Shown here piece after piece: positions 49,799-59,350 of a DNA stretch of 64,000 nucleotides. Source of the stretch: a bacterium (GTDB lineage: Bacteria; UBA8248). Location of the stretch: positions 1,504,001 to 1,568,000 of the forward strand of contig OZ244799.1 of assembly GCA_965219955.1 (NCBI GenBank). The letters run 5' to 3'. The notes under the pieces are model-generated. The model was not told the origin of the DNA. It saw only the letters and a program-made list of their open reading frames with translations, and searched no databases. Each line of letters starts with the position of its first letter. Positions within the stretch are counted from its first letter, which is position 1. Made by a program: the position numbers and the translations under genes.

Positions 49799-52465
49799 AT
49801 GGCAGGAAAGGTGACGAGCTACTATCTTGCGGAAGACAGTGTCCCCCTCCCCCCGCCGGACGCGGAGGTGTTCACCACGGCGTGCGACTACTGCATCGTG
49901 GGCTGCGGGTACAAGGTCTACCGCTGGCCGATCGGCCGCGAGGGCGGGCCCAAGGCGAGCCAGAACGCCCTGCGCGTCGATTTCCCCACCGCCATCATGA
50001 GCGGCGGCTGGGTCAGCCCGAACATGCACAACATCATCATGGTGAACGGCAGTCCCCACCACGTCGTCGTCATGCCGGACAAGGACGCGAAGGTCGTGAA
50101 CGTCGGGGGAAACCACTCCATCCGGGGCGGCGTGCTGGCCAAGAAGCTATACAACCCCAACGAACCCTCGCAGGACCGCCTGCGCCAGCCGATGATGCGC
50201 GTCCGCGGCACTCTCCAGGAGGTCTCGTGGGACACGGCCATGGGCGTCATGGCGGGACTCTCGAAACACGTCCTCGACAAGTACGGCGAACACGCCTGGG
50301 CGATGAAGACGTATTCCTACCAGTATTTCGAGAACACCTACGCCATCTCCAAGCTCGCCTTCCGCGCTATCGGGACGCCGGCCTACTCCCCGCACGACAA
50401 GCCGGGCCCCGGCCCGGACACGCCGGGGATCGATTTTTCCGGCATCAACCCCTTCAGCGCCTCCTATGACGACTGGGGAGAGGCCGAGGTCATCTTCTTC
50501 TCCGGCGTCGACCCGTGGGAAACCAAGTCGGTGCTGTTCACCTCGTGGATCATGGGCGGGAAAACGCCGAGCAAGAAGCTCGTCTTCGCCCTGCCGCGCA
50601 AGACCTCGGGCGTGGCCTACGGCGAGAAGCGCGGCGGTCTGTTCCTCCCCGTCATTCCGGGGACGGACACGGTGCTCCACCTGGCCATCATCCGCCTGAT
50701 CCTGGAGAACGGCTGGGAGGACAAGGAGTTCATTGCGCGCAAGGTGTCGAACAAGTGGGAGATCGGCTCCGGCATGGGGCGCGGCACCCGCAACACGCCG
50801 TGGCAGTGGGTCACGACCTGGGGCAAGTACGGGACGGACTTCGAGGGCTACAGGAAGTGGATACTGAGCTATCCCTACGCCGAACTGGAACGGGCCGCCA
50901 AGATTACGGGCGTGCCCGCGGCGTCCATCCGCCAGACGGCTGAAATCCTCGCCAAGCCCAAGCCCGACGGAACGCGCAAGAAGACCTCGTTCATGCTCGA
51001 GAAGGGAAATTACTGGTGCAACAGCTTCGGGAACACGGCTTCGTTCGCGGCGCTGGGGCTGGTCTGCGGCGCCGGGTCGCGGCCGGGCCGGGTGATCTCG
51101 CGCGGCGGAGGGCACCAGCGCGGCTGGATGGGCGCGGCCGGCTACCCGAGGGTCATGTCGCCCGAGAAGGCGCCCGGACGCCGCAAGAAGGAGATCGATC
51201 TCGACCGCTGGGTCGTGGACGGTAACGTGCGCTTCGCGTGGGTCATCGGCACCACCTGGTGCCAGGCCATGGCGGCGTCCCAGGAGTTGATGGACGTCTT
51301 CCAGCGGCTGACGCGCCGCAACCCCCACCAGATCGAGAGCTTCGACGTCGATAAGGCGGTGGATGTGCTGAAGCGGCGGGCGGATTCCGGCGGCATGGTC
51401 GTCGCCCACCAGGACATCTACCCCGTCTCCCCGATCGGAACCGAGTATGCGGACCTGGTGCTCCCGGCCGCCACCTGGGGCGAGGAGGACTTCACCCGGT
51501 GCAACGGCGAGCGCCGCTTGAGGCTCTACAGCAAGTTCGCCGATCCTCCCGGAGAGGCCCGGCCCGACTGGTGGATCATCGCGGCCTTCGCGAGGAAGAT
51601 GGGCTTCAAGGGCTTCGACTGGAAGGACAGCAACCAGATTTTCGAGGAGGCGGCCCGCTTCGGAAGAAAAGGCGTGCTCAACTACCACCCGCTCGTGGTG
51701 AAGGCCAAACGCGAGGGGAAACGGGGCCACGAGCTGCTCCGCGAATACGGAACCGGCGGCATCCAGACCCCCATCCGCATGGTCAAGGGCGAACTCGTCG
51801 GCACGAAGCGGCTCCACGACGAGACCCTGGAGCTCGGAACCCCCGAAGGCCCCACCATGCACCGGAAATGGCTCACCTCCTTCGGGACCCAGAGCGGCAA
51901 GGCGGTTTTGCTCAAAAGCTACTGGGAGGATTTCAAGGACTTCTACGACCGGGTTACCCCGCAGGGGGATGAGCTGTGGGTGACGAACGGGCGGATCAAC
52001 GAGCTCTGGCAATCCGGCTACGACGACAAGCGCCGGCCCTACATCATGCAGCGCTGGCCCCAGCAGTTCCTGGAAATCCACCCCAAAGACGCCGGCGCCC
52101 GGGGCATCGAATCGGGAGACCTGGTGGCCATCGAGAACGACGACCTGCTCGTGCAGACGGGCGGATACATCGGCGTCGACGGCAAGGAGCAGACGTTCAC
52201 CGAACTCATGAAGGCGGGGAATATCAAGAAGAGCAAGGGGAGCTTCACCGCGGTGGCCATGGTCACGGACGCGGTCCGGGAGGGCGTCACCTTCGCCTAT
52301 TTCGGATTCCCCGAGAACCCGGCCAATTCGGTGGTCCACCGGGTGCCGGACCCCCTGACCAACCGCTACCGCTACAAGCTGGGCAAGGGGAAGTTGAAGA
52401 AGATAGGAGAATCTCCGCACAAGCATTCGCTGACGAGCTTAAGCTTCGTCCCCCGGACGCTTTGA
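49799..52465 (+). CDS. idrA: AioA-clade DMSO-reductase-family molybdoenzyme, iodate reductase-like large subunit
   Basis: [3Fe-4S] motif CDYCIVGCGY...HSIRGG; FENTYA, EKGNYW, GGHQRG, NGERRLRLY, NGRINELWQSG; adjacent tandem CcP genes. Confidence 0.75.
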   Translation: MAGKVTSYYLAEDSVPLPPPDAEVFTTACDYCIVGCGYKVYRWPIGREGGPKASQNALRVDFPTAIMSGGWVSPNMHNIIMVNGSPHHVVVMPDKDAKVVNVGGNHSIRGGVLAKKLYNPNEPSQDRLRQPMMRVRGTLQEVSWDTAMGVMAGLSKHVLDKYGEHAWAMKTYSYQYFENTYAISKLAFRAIGTPAYSPHDKPGPGPDTPGIDFSGINPFSASYDDWGEAEVIFFSGVDPWETKSVLFTSWIMGGKTPSKKLVFALPRKTSGVAYGEKRGGLFLPVIPGTDTVLHLAIIRLILENGWEDKEFIARKVSNKWEIGSGMGRGTRNTPWQWVTTWGKYGTDFEGYRKWILSYPYAELERAAKITGVPAASIRQTAEILAKPKPDGTRKKTSFMLEKGNYWCNSFGNTASFAALGLVCGAGSRPGRVISRGGGHQRGWMGAAGYPRVMSPEKAPGRRKKEIDLDRWVVDGNVRFAWVIGTTWCQAMAASQELMDVFQRLTRRNPHQIESFDVDKAVDVLKRRADSGGMVVAHQDIYPVSPIGTEYADLVLPAATWGEEDFTRCNGERRLRLYSKFADPPGEARPDWWIIAAFARKMGFKGFDWKDSNQIFEEAARFGRKGVLNYHPLVVKAKREGKRGHELLREYGTGGIQTPIRMVKGELVGTKRLHDETLELGTPEGPTMHRKWLTSFGTQSGKAVLLKSYWEDFKDFYDRVTPQGDELWVTNGRINELWQSGYDDKRRPYIMQRWPQQFLEIHPKDAGARGIESGDLVAIENDDLLVQTGGYIGVDGKEQTFTELMKAGNIKKSKGSFTAVAMVTDAVREGVTFAYFGFPENPANSVVHRVPDPLTNRYRYKLGKGKLKKIGESPHKHSLTSLSFVPRTL

Positions 52466-52512
52466 TGGAGATGGAGGTTTACACAGGCCCGTAGAACCAC
52501 GAGGGAGGTTGT

Positions 52513-52899
52513 ATGCGAATGTCTCGATCGAGAAGGTTTTTCATCTGCGCAGTCCCTGCGCTCGCAGTGGCGCTCTTTTTCTGGGCATCTGATGACGGGG
52601 CCGCTCAGCAGAAAGGCGACGTCGCGGCCGGCAACGTCAAATACCAGCAGCTTTGCGCCTCCTGCCACGGCGCATCGGGCAAGGGCGACGGCCCCGCGGC
52701 CAAGGCGCTCAACCCGAAGCCGAGGAATCACACGGACGCCAAGTACATGAAGACCATAACGGACGAATATATCGCCAAGATCACCAAGCTTGGCGGCGTC
52801 GCGGTCGGGAAATCGCCGTTGATGCCCCCCTGGGGCGGTGTCCTTTCGGACGCGGACCTCCAGAACCTGGTCGCGTTCATGCGCTCGCTGGCGAAATAG
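52513..52899 (+). CDS. Monoheme cytochrome c
   Basis: Signal peptide, CASCHG..GKGDGP, SPLMPPWG. Confidence 0.9.
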   Translation: MRMSRSRRFFICAVPALAVALFFWASDDGAAQQKGDVAAGNVKYQQLCASCHGASGKGDGPAAKALNPKPRNHTDAKYMKTITDEYIAKITKLGGVAVGKSPLMPPWGGVLSDADLQNLVAFMRSLAK

Positions 52900-52909
52900 G
52901 CTCACGAAA

Positions 52910-54955
52910 ATGAGTTCAGGGAATCGCGACCCCTCCCCTCCCGAGCGCTCCTTCCGGGTCGAGTTGCCCGGCCACGACCACTGGCGGAAAACGATTTGCT
53001 GCCAGGATGCGTGTCCCGTCCACACGGACGCGCGGGGTTACGTGACGGCCATCTCGGAGCATGACTTCGAGCGCGCCTACATCATCGCCCGGGGGCCCAA
53101 CCCCTTCGCGTCGGTCTGCGGGCGCGTCTGCGCGGCCCCGTGCGAAGCGGCCTGCCGCCGCGGCAACATCGACGCGCCGGTGGCCATCCGGGCGCTCAAG
53201 CGATTCGTGACGGAGCGCTACGGGGTGGAGGCCGACCTGGCGTCCGGCAAGGGAGAATCCTCCTTCTCGCACCGGAGCCTCAGGAGCATGCGGGACCTCC
53301 GCTTTCAGCCCTCCACTCGAACGATCAACGATTTCTCGGTGCTGGAAGCGGCCCGCCGAAAGCCCGAACAGGAAAAGACGGCAGGGAAAAAGGTGGCCGT
53401 CGTCGGCTCGGGCGTGGCGGGGCTGACCTGCGCCCACGACCTCGCCCTGCTCGGCTATGACGTGAGCGTTTTCGAGAAACAGGGGGTACCCGGCGGCATG
53501 CTGATGCTCGGGGTTCCCGAATACCGCCTCCCGCGCGACCTCGTTCAGGCCGAAATCCAGGCCATTCTCAGCCTGGGCGTGGAGCTTCGGCTGAACCAGG
53601 CCATCGGGCGGGACTTCGACCTTTCCTCTCTTCGCGAGGAAGGCTTCGAGGCGGTGTTCGTCGCCATCGGCGCGCACGTGAGCCGCTCTCTCCCCATGGA
53701 AGGGCAGGACGCGGACGGCGTTTTCCGGGCCGTCGAGTTTCTGCTGAACGTGAACCTGAACTTCCGCGTCGATCTGGGCGAGCGCGTCGTCGTGATCGGC
53801 GGGGGGAACGTGGCCATGGACGCCGCCCGGGTCGCCGCCCGGGTCACCGGCGGGGCGGATGCCCCCGCGGGCGCTGCCGATCAGACCGAAGACGCCGTTC
53901 TCATGCGCGAGATGATGGACGTCGCCCGCGAGGCGATGCGCGTGGGAGCGAGGAACGTCCACGTCATCTGCCTGGAATCGCGCGACGAGATGCCGGCGGC
54001 GGATTTCGAGATTGAAGAGGCGCTCGATGAGGGGATAGAGCTGGAACCCCGTGTGGGGCCCGTCCGCATCGTGGAGGAAGAGGGCCGCGTGGTCGGGCTG
54101 GAAGTCCAGACGTGCACCCGCGTCTTCGACGAGGAGGGCCGCTTCAGCCCGGAATTCGACTCGGACACCAGGCGCGTGATCCCGTGTGATTCGGTGATCG
54201 TCGCCGTCGGCCAGGCCTCCGACCTCTCCTGGATCAAGGATGGGGACGGCGTGGAGACGACGCCGCGCGGGACGATCCGCGTGGATACCGAAACCCTGGC
54301 CACGACCGCTCCGGGCGTGTACGCGGGCGGGGACGTCGCCATGGGTCCCCGGATATTCATCGAGGGCGTGGAGAACGGCCACCGGGCCGCCCGCTCCATT
54401 CACACCTATCTCTCGGGCGGTCAGGCGGGCGTCCAGACGCATCTTCAGTGGGCCTCCATCGAACCCTTGCAACAGGCGCTGCTCCGGGAGCCGGGGGACG
54501 GGTTTTCCCTTCCCGTCGTCAATCCCGGATACCAGAAGGCGTCCCGGCGAAACCCCGACGCGCTGCCCATCGAGCGCAGAATCGGCGTCGCCGAGGTGGA
54601 GCTTGGTTATTCGCCCGGAGAAGCGGTCGGGCAGGGGCTCCGGTGTCTGCGCTGCAGTGCGAATCCGATCTTCGACGGCGCGAAGTGCATCCTCTGCGGC
54701 GGCTGTGTGGACGTGTGCCCGTCGCGCTGTCTTCGGATGGTTCCCCTCGAATCCCTTCAGGGCGGAGAGGACCTGGCGGCTCTGGTCCAGGCCCGCTTCG
54801 GAACGTCCGCCGGGGGCGCAGGAGAGAGGGGCGCGGCCATGATCATGGACCCGGACAAGTGCATCCGTTGTTCGCTCTGCGCCCAGCGCTGTCCCACGGG
54901 CGCCGTCACCATCGAGAATTTTTCTTTCCAGGAAGAGTGGGTGGAGACTGGATGA
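52910..54955 (+). CDS. GltD-like FAD/FeS NAD(P) oxidoreductase with C-terminal 2x[4Fe-4S] ferredoxin domain
   Basis: CQDACP, CGRVCAAPCEAAC, GSGVAGL, GVPEYRLP, GGGNVAMD, AGGD, CLRC, CILCGGCVDVCP, CIRCSLCAQRCP. Confidence 0.88.
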   Translation: MSSGNRDPSPPERSFRVELPGHDHWRKTICCQDACPVHTDARGYVTAISEHDFERAYIIARGPNPFASVCGRVCAAPCEAACRRGNIDAPVAIRALKRFVTERYGVEADLASGKGESSFSHRSLRSMRDLRFQPSTRTINDFSVLEAARRKPEQEKTAGKKVAVVGSGVAGLTCAHDLALLGYDVSVFEKQGVPGGMLMLGVPEYRLPRDLVQAEIQAILSLGVELRLNQAIGRDFDLSSLREEGFEAVFVAIGAHVSRSLPMEGQDADGVFRAVEFLLNVNLNFRVDLGERVVVIGGGNVAMDAARVAARVTGGADAPAGAADQTEDAVLMREMMDVAREAMRVGARNVHVICLESRDEMPAADFEIEEALDEGIELEPRVGPVRIVEEEGRVVGLEVQTCTRVFDEEGRFSPEFDSDTRRVIPCDSVIVAVGQASDLSWIKDGDGVETTPRGTIRVDTETLATTAPGVYAGGDVAMGPRIFIEGVENGHRAARSIHTYLSGGQAGVQTHLQWASIEPLQQALLREPGDGFSLPVVNPGYQKASRRNPDALPIERRIGVAEVELGYSPGEAVGQGLRCLRCSANPIFDGAKCILCGGCVDVCPSRCLRMVPLESLQGGEDLAALVQARFGTSAGGAGERGAAMIMDPDKCIRCSLCAQRCPTGAVTIENFSFQEEWVETG

Positions 54956-54956
54956 C

Positions 54957-55448
54957 ATGACTGCGAGCATGGATGAACAGACCCCCCGGCGACGGATGCT
55001 CCTGGGTCTCGGCTGGGTTTCCTTCCTGATCTCCCTGCTGGGTCCGGTTCTCGCCAACGTCCGGTTCCTGTTCCCCAACGTCGTTTATGAGGGCGAGTCG
55101 GTTCTGAAACTCGACTCTCTGAAAAAATACCCCGTGGGGTCCATCACGTTTTTCGCCGACAAGAAAATCGTTCTGTTTCGCGAGAAGGACGGCTTCAGGG
55201 CCTGCACCGCCGTCTGTCCTCATCTTCGGTGCGTGATCAGCCCCTTCGTCGGGGCGCCCGGCGCGTCTCCCGATATATTGAGGGCCCGGTGTCCGTGCCA
55301 CGGCAGCACGTTCGACGGGCGGGGCCAGGTGCTCGGGGGGCCTGCGCCGCGCGGGCTCGACTTCTTTCTCGTCAAGAAATCGCCGGATGGCCGCGTCGTG
55401 GTCGATACGCGCAAAGTCGTCGCCCCCTCCGAGCATTTCAAGATCTGA
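54957..55448 (+). CDS. Rieske iron-sulfur subunit of the second bc-type complex
   Basis: RRRML leader plus TM, CPHLRC, CPCHGS, GPAPRGL. Confidence 0.88.
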   Translation: MTASMDEQTPRRRMLLGLGWVSFLISLLGPVLANVRFLFPNVVYEGESVLKLDSLKKYPVGSITFFADKKIVLFREKDGFRACTAVCPHLRCVISPFVGAPGASPDILRARCPCHGSTFDGRGQVLGGPAPRGLDFFLVKKSPDGRVVVDTRKVVAPSEHFKI

Positions 55449-55457
55449 GCCGCCACG

Positions 55458-56954
55458 ATGGTCACCGAATCCCCACGGAAACCAGGACGCGGAAAAGCCG
55501 CATCGTGGATCAGGGACAACCGCGTCGTCCGCTCGATCTTCCGCCGCGGCTATCCGGACAACGATCTGGATCGCGCGGCCGTCATGTTCTCGAATTTCTT
55601 CCTGCACGTCCTTCCCGCGCGAACGCACGTCCACAGCTTAAAGCCCACCTACACCTGGGGGCTCGGGATCATCTCCCTGTTCCTGTTCATCATTCTTCTG
55701 GGCACCGGTTCCTTGCTCATGTTCTTCTACGTCCCCTCCACCGGACGCGCCTACAGCGACATGAAGGACCTGCAGTTCGTCGTCTCCTACGGCGTCGTCC
55801 TGCGGAACCTCCACCGCTGGGCCGCCCACGCGATGGTCGCCGTCGTCTTCCTGCACATGTGCCGGGTGTTCTATACGGCGAGCTATAAAGCGCCCCGCGA
55901 GTTCAACTGGGTCATCGGGGTGCTCCTCTGGGGGGCGACCCTGATGATGAGCTTCACGGGCTACCTGCTCCCCTGGGATCAGCTCGCCTACTGGGCCATC
56001 ACCGTCGGGTCGAGCATCGCCAGCTATCCGCCGCTGGTAGGAGAATACATCCGCACGCTCATGCTCGGAGGCGATACGGTGGGGCAGAACGCGCTGATCC
56101 GCTTCTACGTCATGCACGTCATCGTCCTGCCGGGGATCATGATGATACTCATGGGCGTCCATTTCTGGCGGATACGCAAGGACGGGGGCCTCTCCCGGCC
56201 GCCCGCGCCGCCCTCAGACGCCGCCCGGGGCGAGGCGGCGGCCTTTTCGCCGCACAAGACGTACATGCTCGTGGAGCTGGCCGAGGGCAAAACGCCCATG
56301 GTGGAGGCGCAGGCCCCCGAAGAAGAGGTCATGAGCTGGCCGCACACGGTCTTCAGGATGCTGGTCGTCTTCGTGGGCGTCGTGGCCGTCCTCTCCGCCG
56401 TCGCCTACTTCTTCGATGCGCCTCTGGAGGAGCTGGCCAACCCGGACCATCCGCCCAACCCCGCCAAGGCGCCCTGGTACTTTCTCGGACTCCAGGAAAT
56501 CGTGAGCTATTCCGCCCTGGCGGGAGGCGTCATCGTTCCCGCCGCCGCGATTATCGGCCTCATGACCATTCCCTACGTCGACCGGGACCCCGAGGGCCAG
56601 GGAACCTGGTTCACCTCGGGCCAGGGCCGGCGGATCACGCTCTGGTCGATCGTGGCCGTCATCCCGGTCGTCCTCGTCCTGACCTGGCTGAACGAGCACT
56701 ACGCGGTTCGGATACTGGTTCCGGGCGCCCCGCAGATCTGGGTCGACCTCCTGAACCCGGGCACCATACTGATCTTCCTCTTCGCCATCGGGTCGCTCTA
56801 CATCTGGCGGCGGACGGGGTCGAGCCGGATGGGGGCGCTGGCTCTCTATTCATATTTTCTGACGTCTTATCTGATTTACACGCTCATCGGGCTGTATTTC
56901 CGCGGCGCCAACTGGGCCTGGATATGGCCGTGGCAGGCGACGGGCCTGCACTGA
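55458..56954 (+). CDS. Cytochrome b with fused b6 and subunit-IV parts
   Basis: [30 protein letters not shown] and HFWRIRKDG, then SWPH and [11 protein letters not shown] in the same ORF. Confidence 0.9.
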   Translation: MVTESPRKPGRGKAASWIRDNRVVRSIFRRGYPDNDLDRAAVMFSNFFLHVLPARTHVHSLKPTYTWGLGIISLFLFIILLGTGSLLMFFYVPSTGRAYSDMKDLQFVVSYGVVLRNLHRWAAHAMVAVVFLHMCRVFYTASYKAPREFNWVIGVLLWGATLMMSFTGYLLPWDQLAYWAITVGSSIASYPPLVGEYIRTLMLGGDTVGQNALIRFYVMHVIVLPGIMMILMGVHFWRIRKDGGLSRPPAPPSDAARGEAAAFSPHKTYMLVELAEGKTPMVEAQAPEEEVMSWPHTVFRMLVVFVGVVAVLSAVAYFFDAPLEELANPDHPPNPAKAPWYFLGLQEIVSYSALAGGVIVPAAAIIGLMTIPYVDRDPEGQGTWFTSGQGRRITLWSIVAVIPVVLVLTWLNEHYAVRILVPGAPQIWVDLLNPGTILIFLFAIGSLYIWRRTGSSRMGALALYSYFLTSYLIYTLIGLYFRGANWAWIWPWQATGLH

Positions 56955-56966
56955 GGCGGATGACGA

Positions 56967-57770
56967 ATGGCGAATTCAAATCACAACGATTCTCGGGTGC
57001 CGTTCGGGTGGGTGGTCGCCTTCGCCGCCCTGAGCGTATGCGCGGCGTTGTTTTTCCTGCTCTCCGTCTGGAAGGACTACGACCGCGAATGGCGGGACTA
57101 TCAGCGGACGTTCCGTGAGATGCTCGTCGAAAGAACCGGAACCGAAGAGGAGCGCGAGGCGGCTCTGGCGAGCGGGGATCAGTTCGAGCAGATCATCGTG
57201 GCCGGCGGCGAGCGCGTGGACAGGTGCGTCATGTGCCACCGCGGCGTCGAGCACCCGGCGTTCAAGGACGCCGACCAGCCTTTCGCCAGGCACCCCACCA
57301 TCCCGCCGCACCCATTCGAGCAATTCGGCTGCACCGTGTGCCACCAGGGCCAGGGGCGGGCCACGAGCGTCCAGGACGCCCACGGCGAAGTCGCGTTCTG
57401 GGAGGAGCCGCTCCTGCGGGGAGGGTTCATTCAGGCGAGTTGCGGCCCTTGCCACGCGGGCGCTCTCAAGGACGCCCCCCTCATCCAGAGGGGCAAGCTG
57501 CTCTATCTGATGAACGGCTGCCTCGCCTGCCACAAGATCAGGGGCGCCGGCGGGGTCGTCGGGCCCGACCTGACGTTTGCGGGCGAGCGCAAGAAGGACC
57601 CGAAGTGGCACATCGAGCACTTCAAGTTCCCGCAGAAGGTTTCGCCCGGCTCCGCCATGCCCGCCTACGGCCATTTGAAGCCGGAAGACCTCGAAGCGCT
57701 CACGGTCTACATGCTGAGCCTCCGCAGGGCGCCTTCCGCCCTGGCGCTGGCCGCGCCCAGAAAAAAATAG
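56967..57770 (+). CDS. Membrane-anchored tetraheme cytochrome c
   Basis: TM anchor; CVMCH, CTVCH, CGPCH, CLACH; paralogous to the N-terminal half of the 24254 octaheme protein. Confidence 0.88.
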   Translation: MANSNHNDSRVPFGWVVAFAALSVCAALFFLLSVWKDYDREWRDYQRTFREMLVERTGTEEEREAALASGDQFEQIIVAGGERVDRCVMCHRGVEHPAFKDADQPFARHPTIPPHPFEQFGCTVCHQGQGRATSVQDAHGEVAFWEEPLLRGGFIQASCGPCHAGALKDAPLIQRGKLLYLMNGCLACHKIRGAGGVVGPDLTFAGERKKDPKWHIEHFKFPQKVSPGSAMPAYGHLKPEDLEALTVYMLSLRRAPSALALAAPRKK

Positions 57771-58133
57771 AACGCGCATCGCCCTCCCCTCTCATCCGCC
57801 GGTGAAATATCCGGGCCAGGAGATCATTCGGCTTTTGCCTTCACGCCCGCGCAGGAGGCAACCGACAGATTGACCGGAGCCGATGCGGGCGCCGGCGCCG
57901 CAGAACGACCACTGAAAACGACAGGCCGAAGAGTCGAAAACGAAGCCGCTCGATTCGGGCACGCGCCGGAATGACAGGAAAGGCGCAAATCACTGCCTCT
58001 CTCCGATCGTGATCGACCCCCGGTGAACGGTTTTGAAGAAACGGGAGAACTCTTTTATAGTAGCGAGAATCAAGAGCGTCCAGTCGATTCAATCGAAAAA
58101 ATCTCCGGTTGGGCAACCAAAAAGGATTGCGAG

Positions 58134-58973
58134 ATGACAACCAAATTGACCGAAGAGGAACTTCGAATTCTAAGCGAGGCCTTAACATCAGAATCCGAGG
58201 GCCGGAAAATTGGCGAGGTGTTCGTCACATTCTTTGAAAGTCCTGGTTTTCAGCGTAAAAATCTAAAGGCCGAAGGACCTGAATATAGTTACATTAGCTA
58301 CCTTCTAGCATTAAAAGGCGAAAAATTTCCCAAGAGTTCTGCTCTTGCCCGTAACTCAGCAACCCAAATAAGAAGTTTCATCAAGAGACATGACGAGTTT
58401 TCCGATGACCTGAAAGAAAAACTGGCGGTTCATGCAGGCGAGTGTGATGAAATTTCCAATGACGAAGGCCAACAACGAAAAGAAATGAGCGAAGCTGCGA
58501 AGATAATCCAGAGAGAAAAGCATCAAAATGGAATCTACGCTTATACGTACCCACATTATCTCAATCATTACTTCATATCTGCCAAAGACGGTCTTACCGA
58601 TGATCGAACATTCATCAAAATCGGTCGAACATCAAATGCTTTAAGCAGCCGATTGGCGAGCGAAAAAACCCAGATGCCTCAGGATCCGATCCTGTTGTTT
58701 TTCTTCAAGGCCGGCGAGCGCGAACGCGCAGAGGAACCGGAACTAAAGAATACGCAGAATAATATACTTAAAGAAACGGAAACGACCATCCATGACCACT
58801 TGAAATCCATCGGCCATGTAAAATCCAGTTCCGGGGGAGGCGGTACAGAATGGTTCCTGACCAATTCCGCCACCATCGAGTCGACGGCTAAATTGATGAA
58901 GTTGGATATCGTATATGACCATAAAATAGAAGAAGCGAAGCGCGCAGAAGAGGAAGAGAAATCAGGCAACTGA
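58134..58973 (+). CDS. Hypothetical protein with a C-terminal GIY-YIG/T5orf172-like domain
   Basis: GIYAY, IKIGRT, E..IH..L, GTEWF; lower GC; promoter TTGAAG-17-TATAGT at 58033-58061. Confidence 0.65.
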   Translation: MTTKLTEEELRILSEALTSESEGRKIGEVFVTFFESPGFQRKNLKAEGPEYSYISYLLALKGEKFPKSSALARNSATQIRSFIKRHDEFSDDLKEKLAVHAGECDEISNDEGQQRKEMSEAAKIIQREKHQNGIYAYTYPHYLNHYFISAKDGLTDDRTFIKIGRTSNALSSRLASEKTQMPQDPILLFFFKAGERERAEEPELKNTQNNILKETETTIHDHLKSIGHVKSSSGGGGTEWFLTNSATIESTAKLMKLDIVYDHKIEEAKRAEEEEKSGN

Positions 58974-59350
58974 GATTAAACATTCACCCGTATCATCTCG
59001 CACGGGCGTCCCATTCACTGAACATCCCCCAATCATGCGAATGCTCCCTCCCCTCTGGCAGTGACACTCCCAAACCGTCTTCCGGCATGCGCCGGAATGA
59101 CGAGCCAAAACGCAATGCGGGTGGACACGCGGTTCCGCCCCTACGAAATTCTGCGAACCAAACGAATCCGTAGGGACAGGTCGCGACCTGTCCCTGCAAA
59201 AGGCGCAACTCCTCGTCCGCATACCCCTTCTCCGGTCAAGTTTGCCTCCCGGTGAACGGATTTGAAGAAACGGAAGAGCTTTTTGGTAGGGGAATAATTG
59301 GGGAATTATAAACTTAACTATGCAAACTTTTTGAAATCTTTCTCCATTTT

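Noticed and set aside
49244-52465. Canonical arsenite oxidase aioBA
   Set aside because: The AioA signature motifs are substituted, two CcP genes are adjacent, and no aioXSR or ars genes are nearby; an Idr-like assignment fits better.
52910-54955. Glutamate synthase small subunit or DsrL
   Set aside because: There are no gltB or dsr genes in the window; the gene has an extra ferredoxin domain and abuts the Rieske/cytb genes.
50147-55078. Long antisense ORFs (759 aa, 720 aa) and similar ones elsewhere (7587-9299, 12841-14607, 29506-31074)
   Set aside because: These are shadow frames of GC-rich genes with no recognisable motifs.
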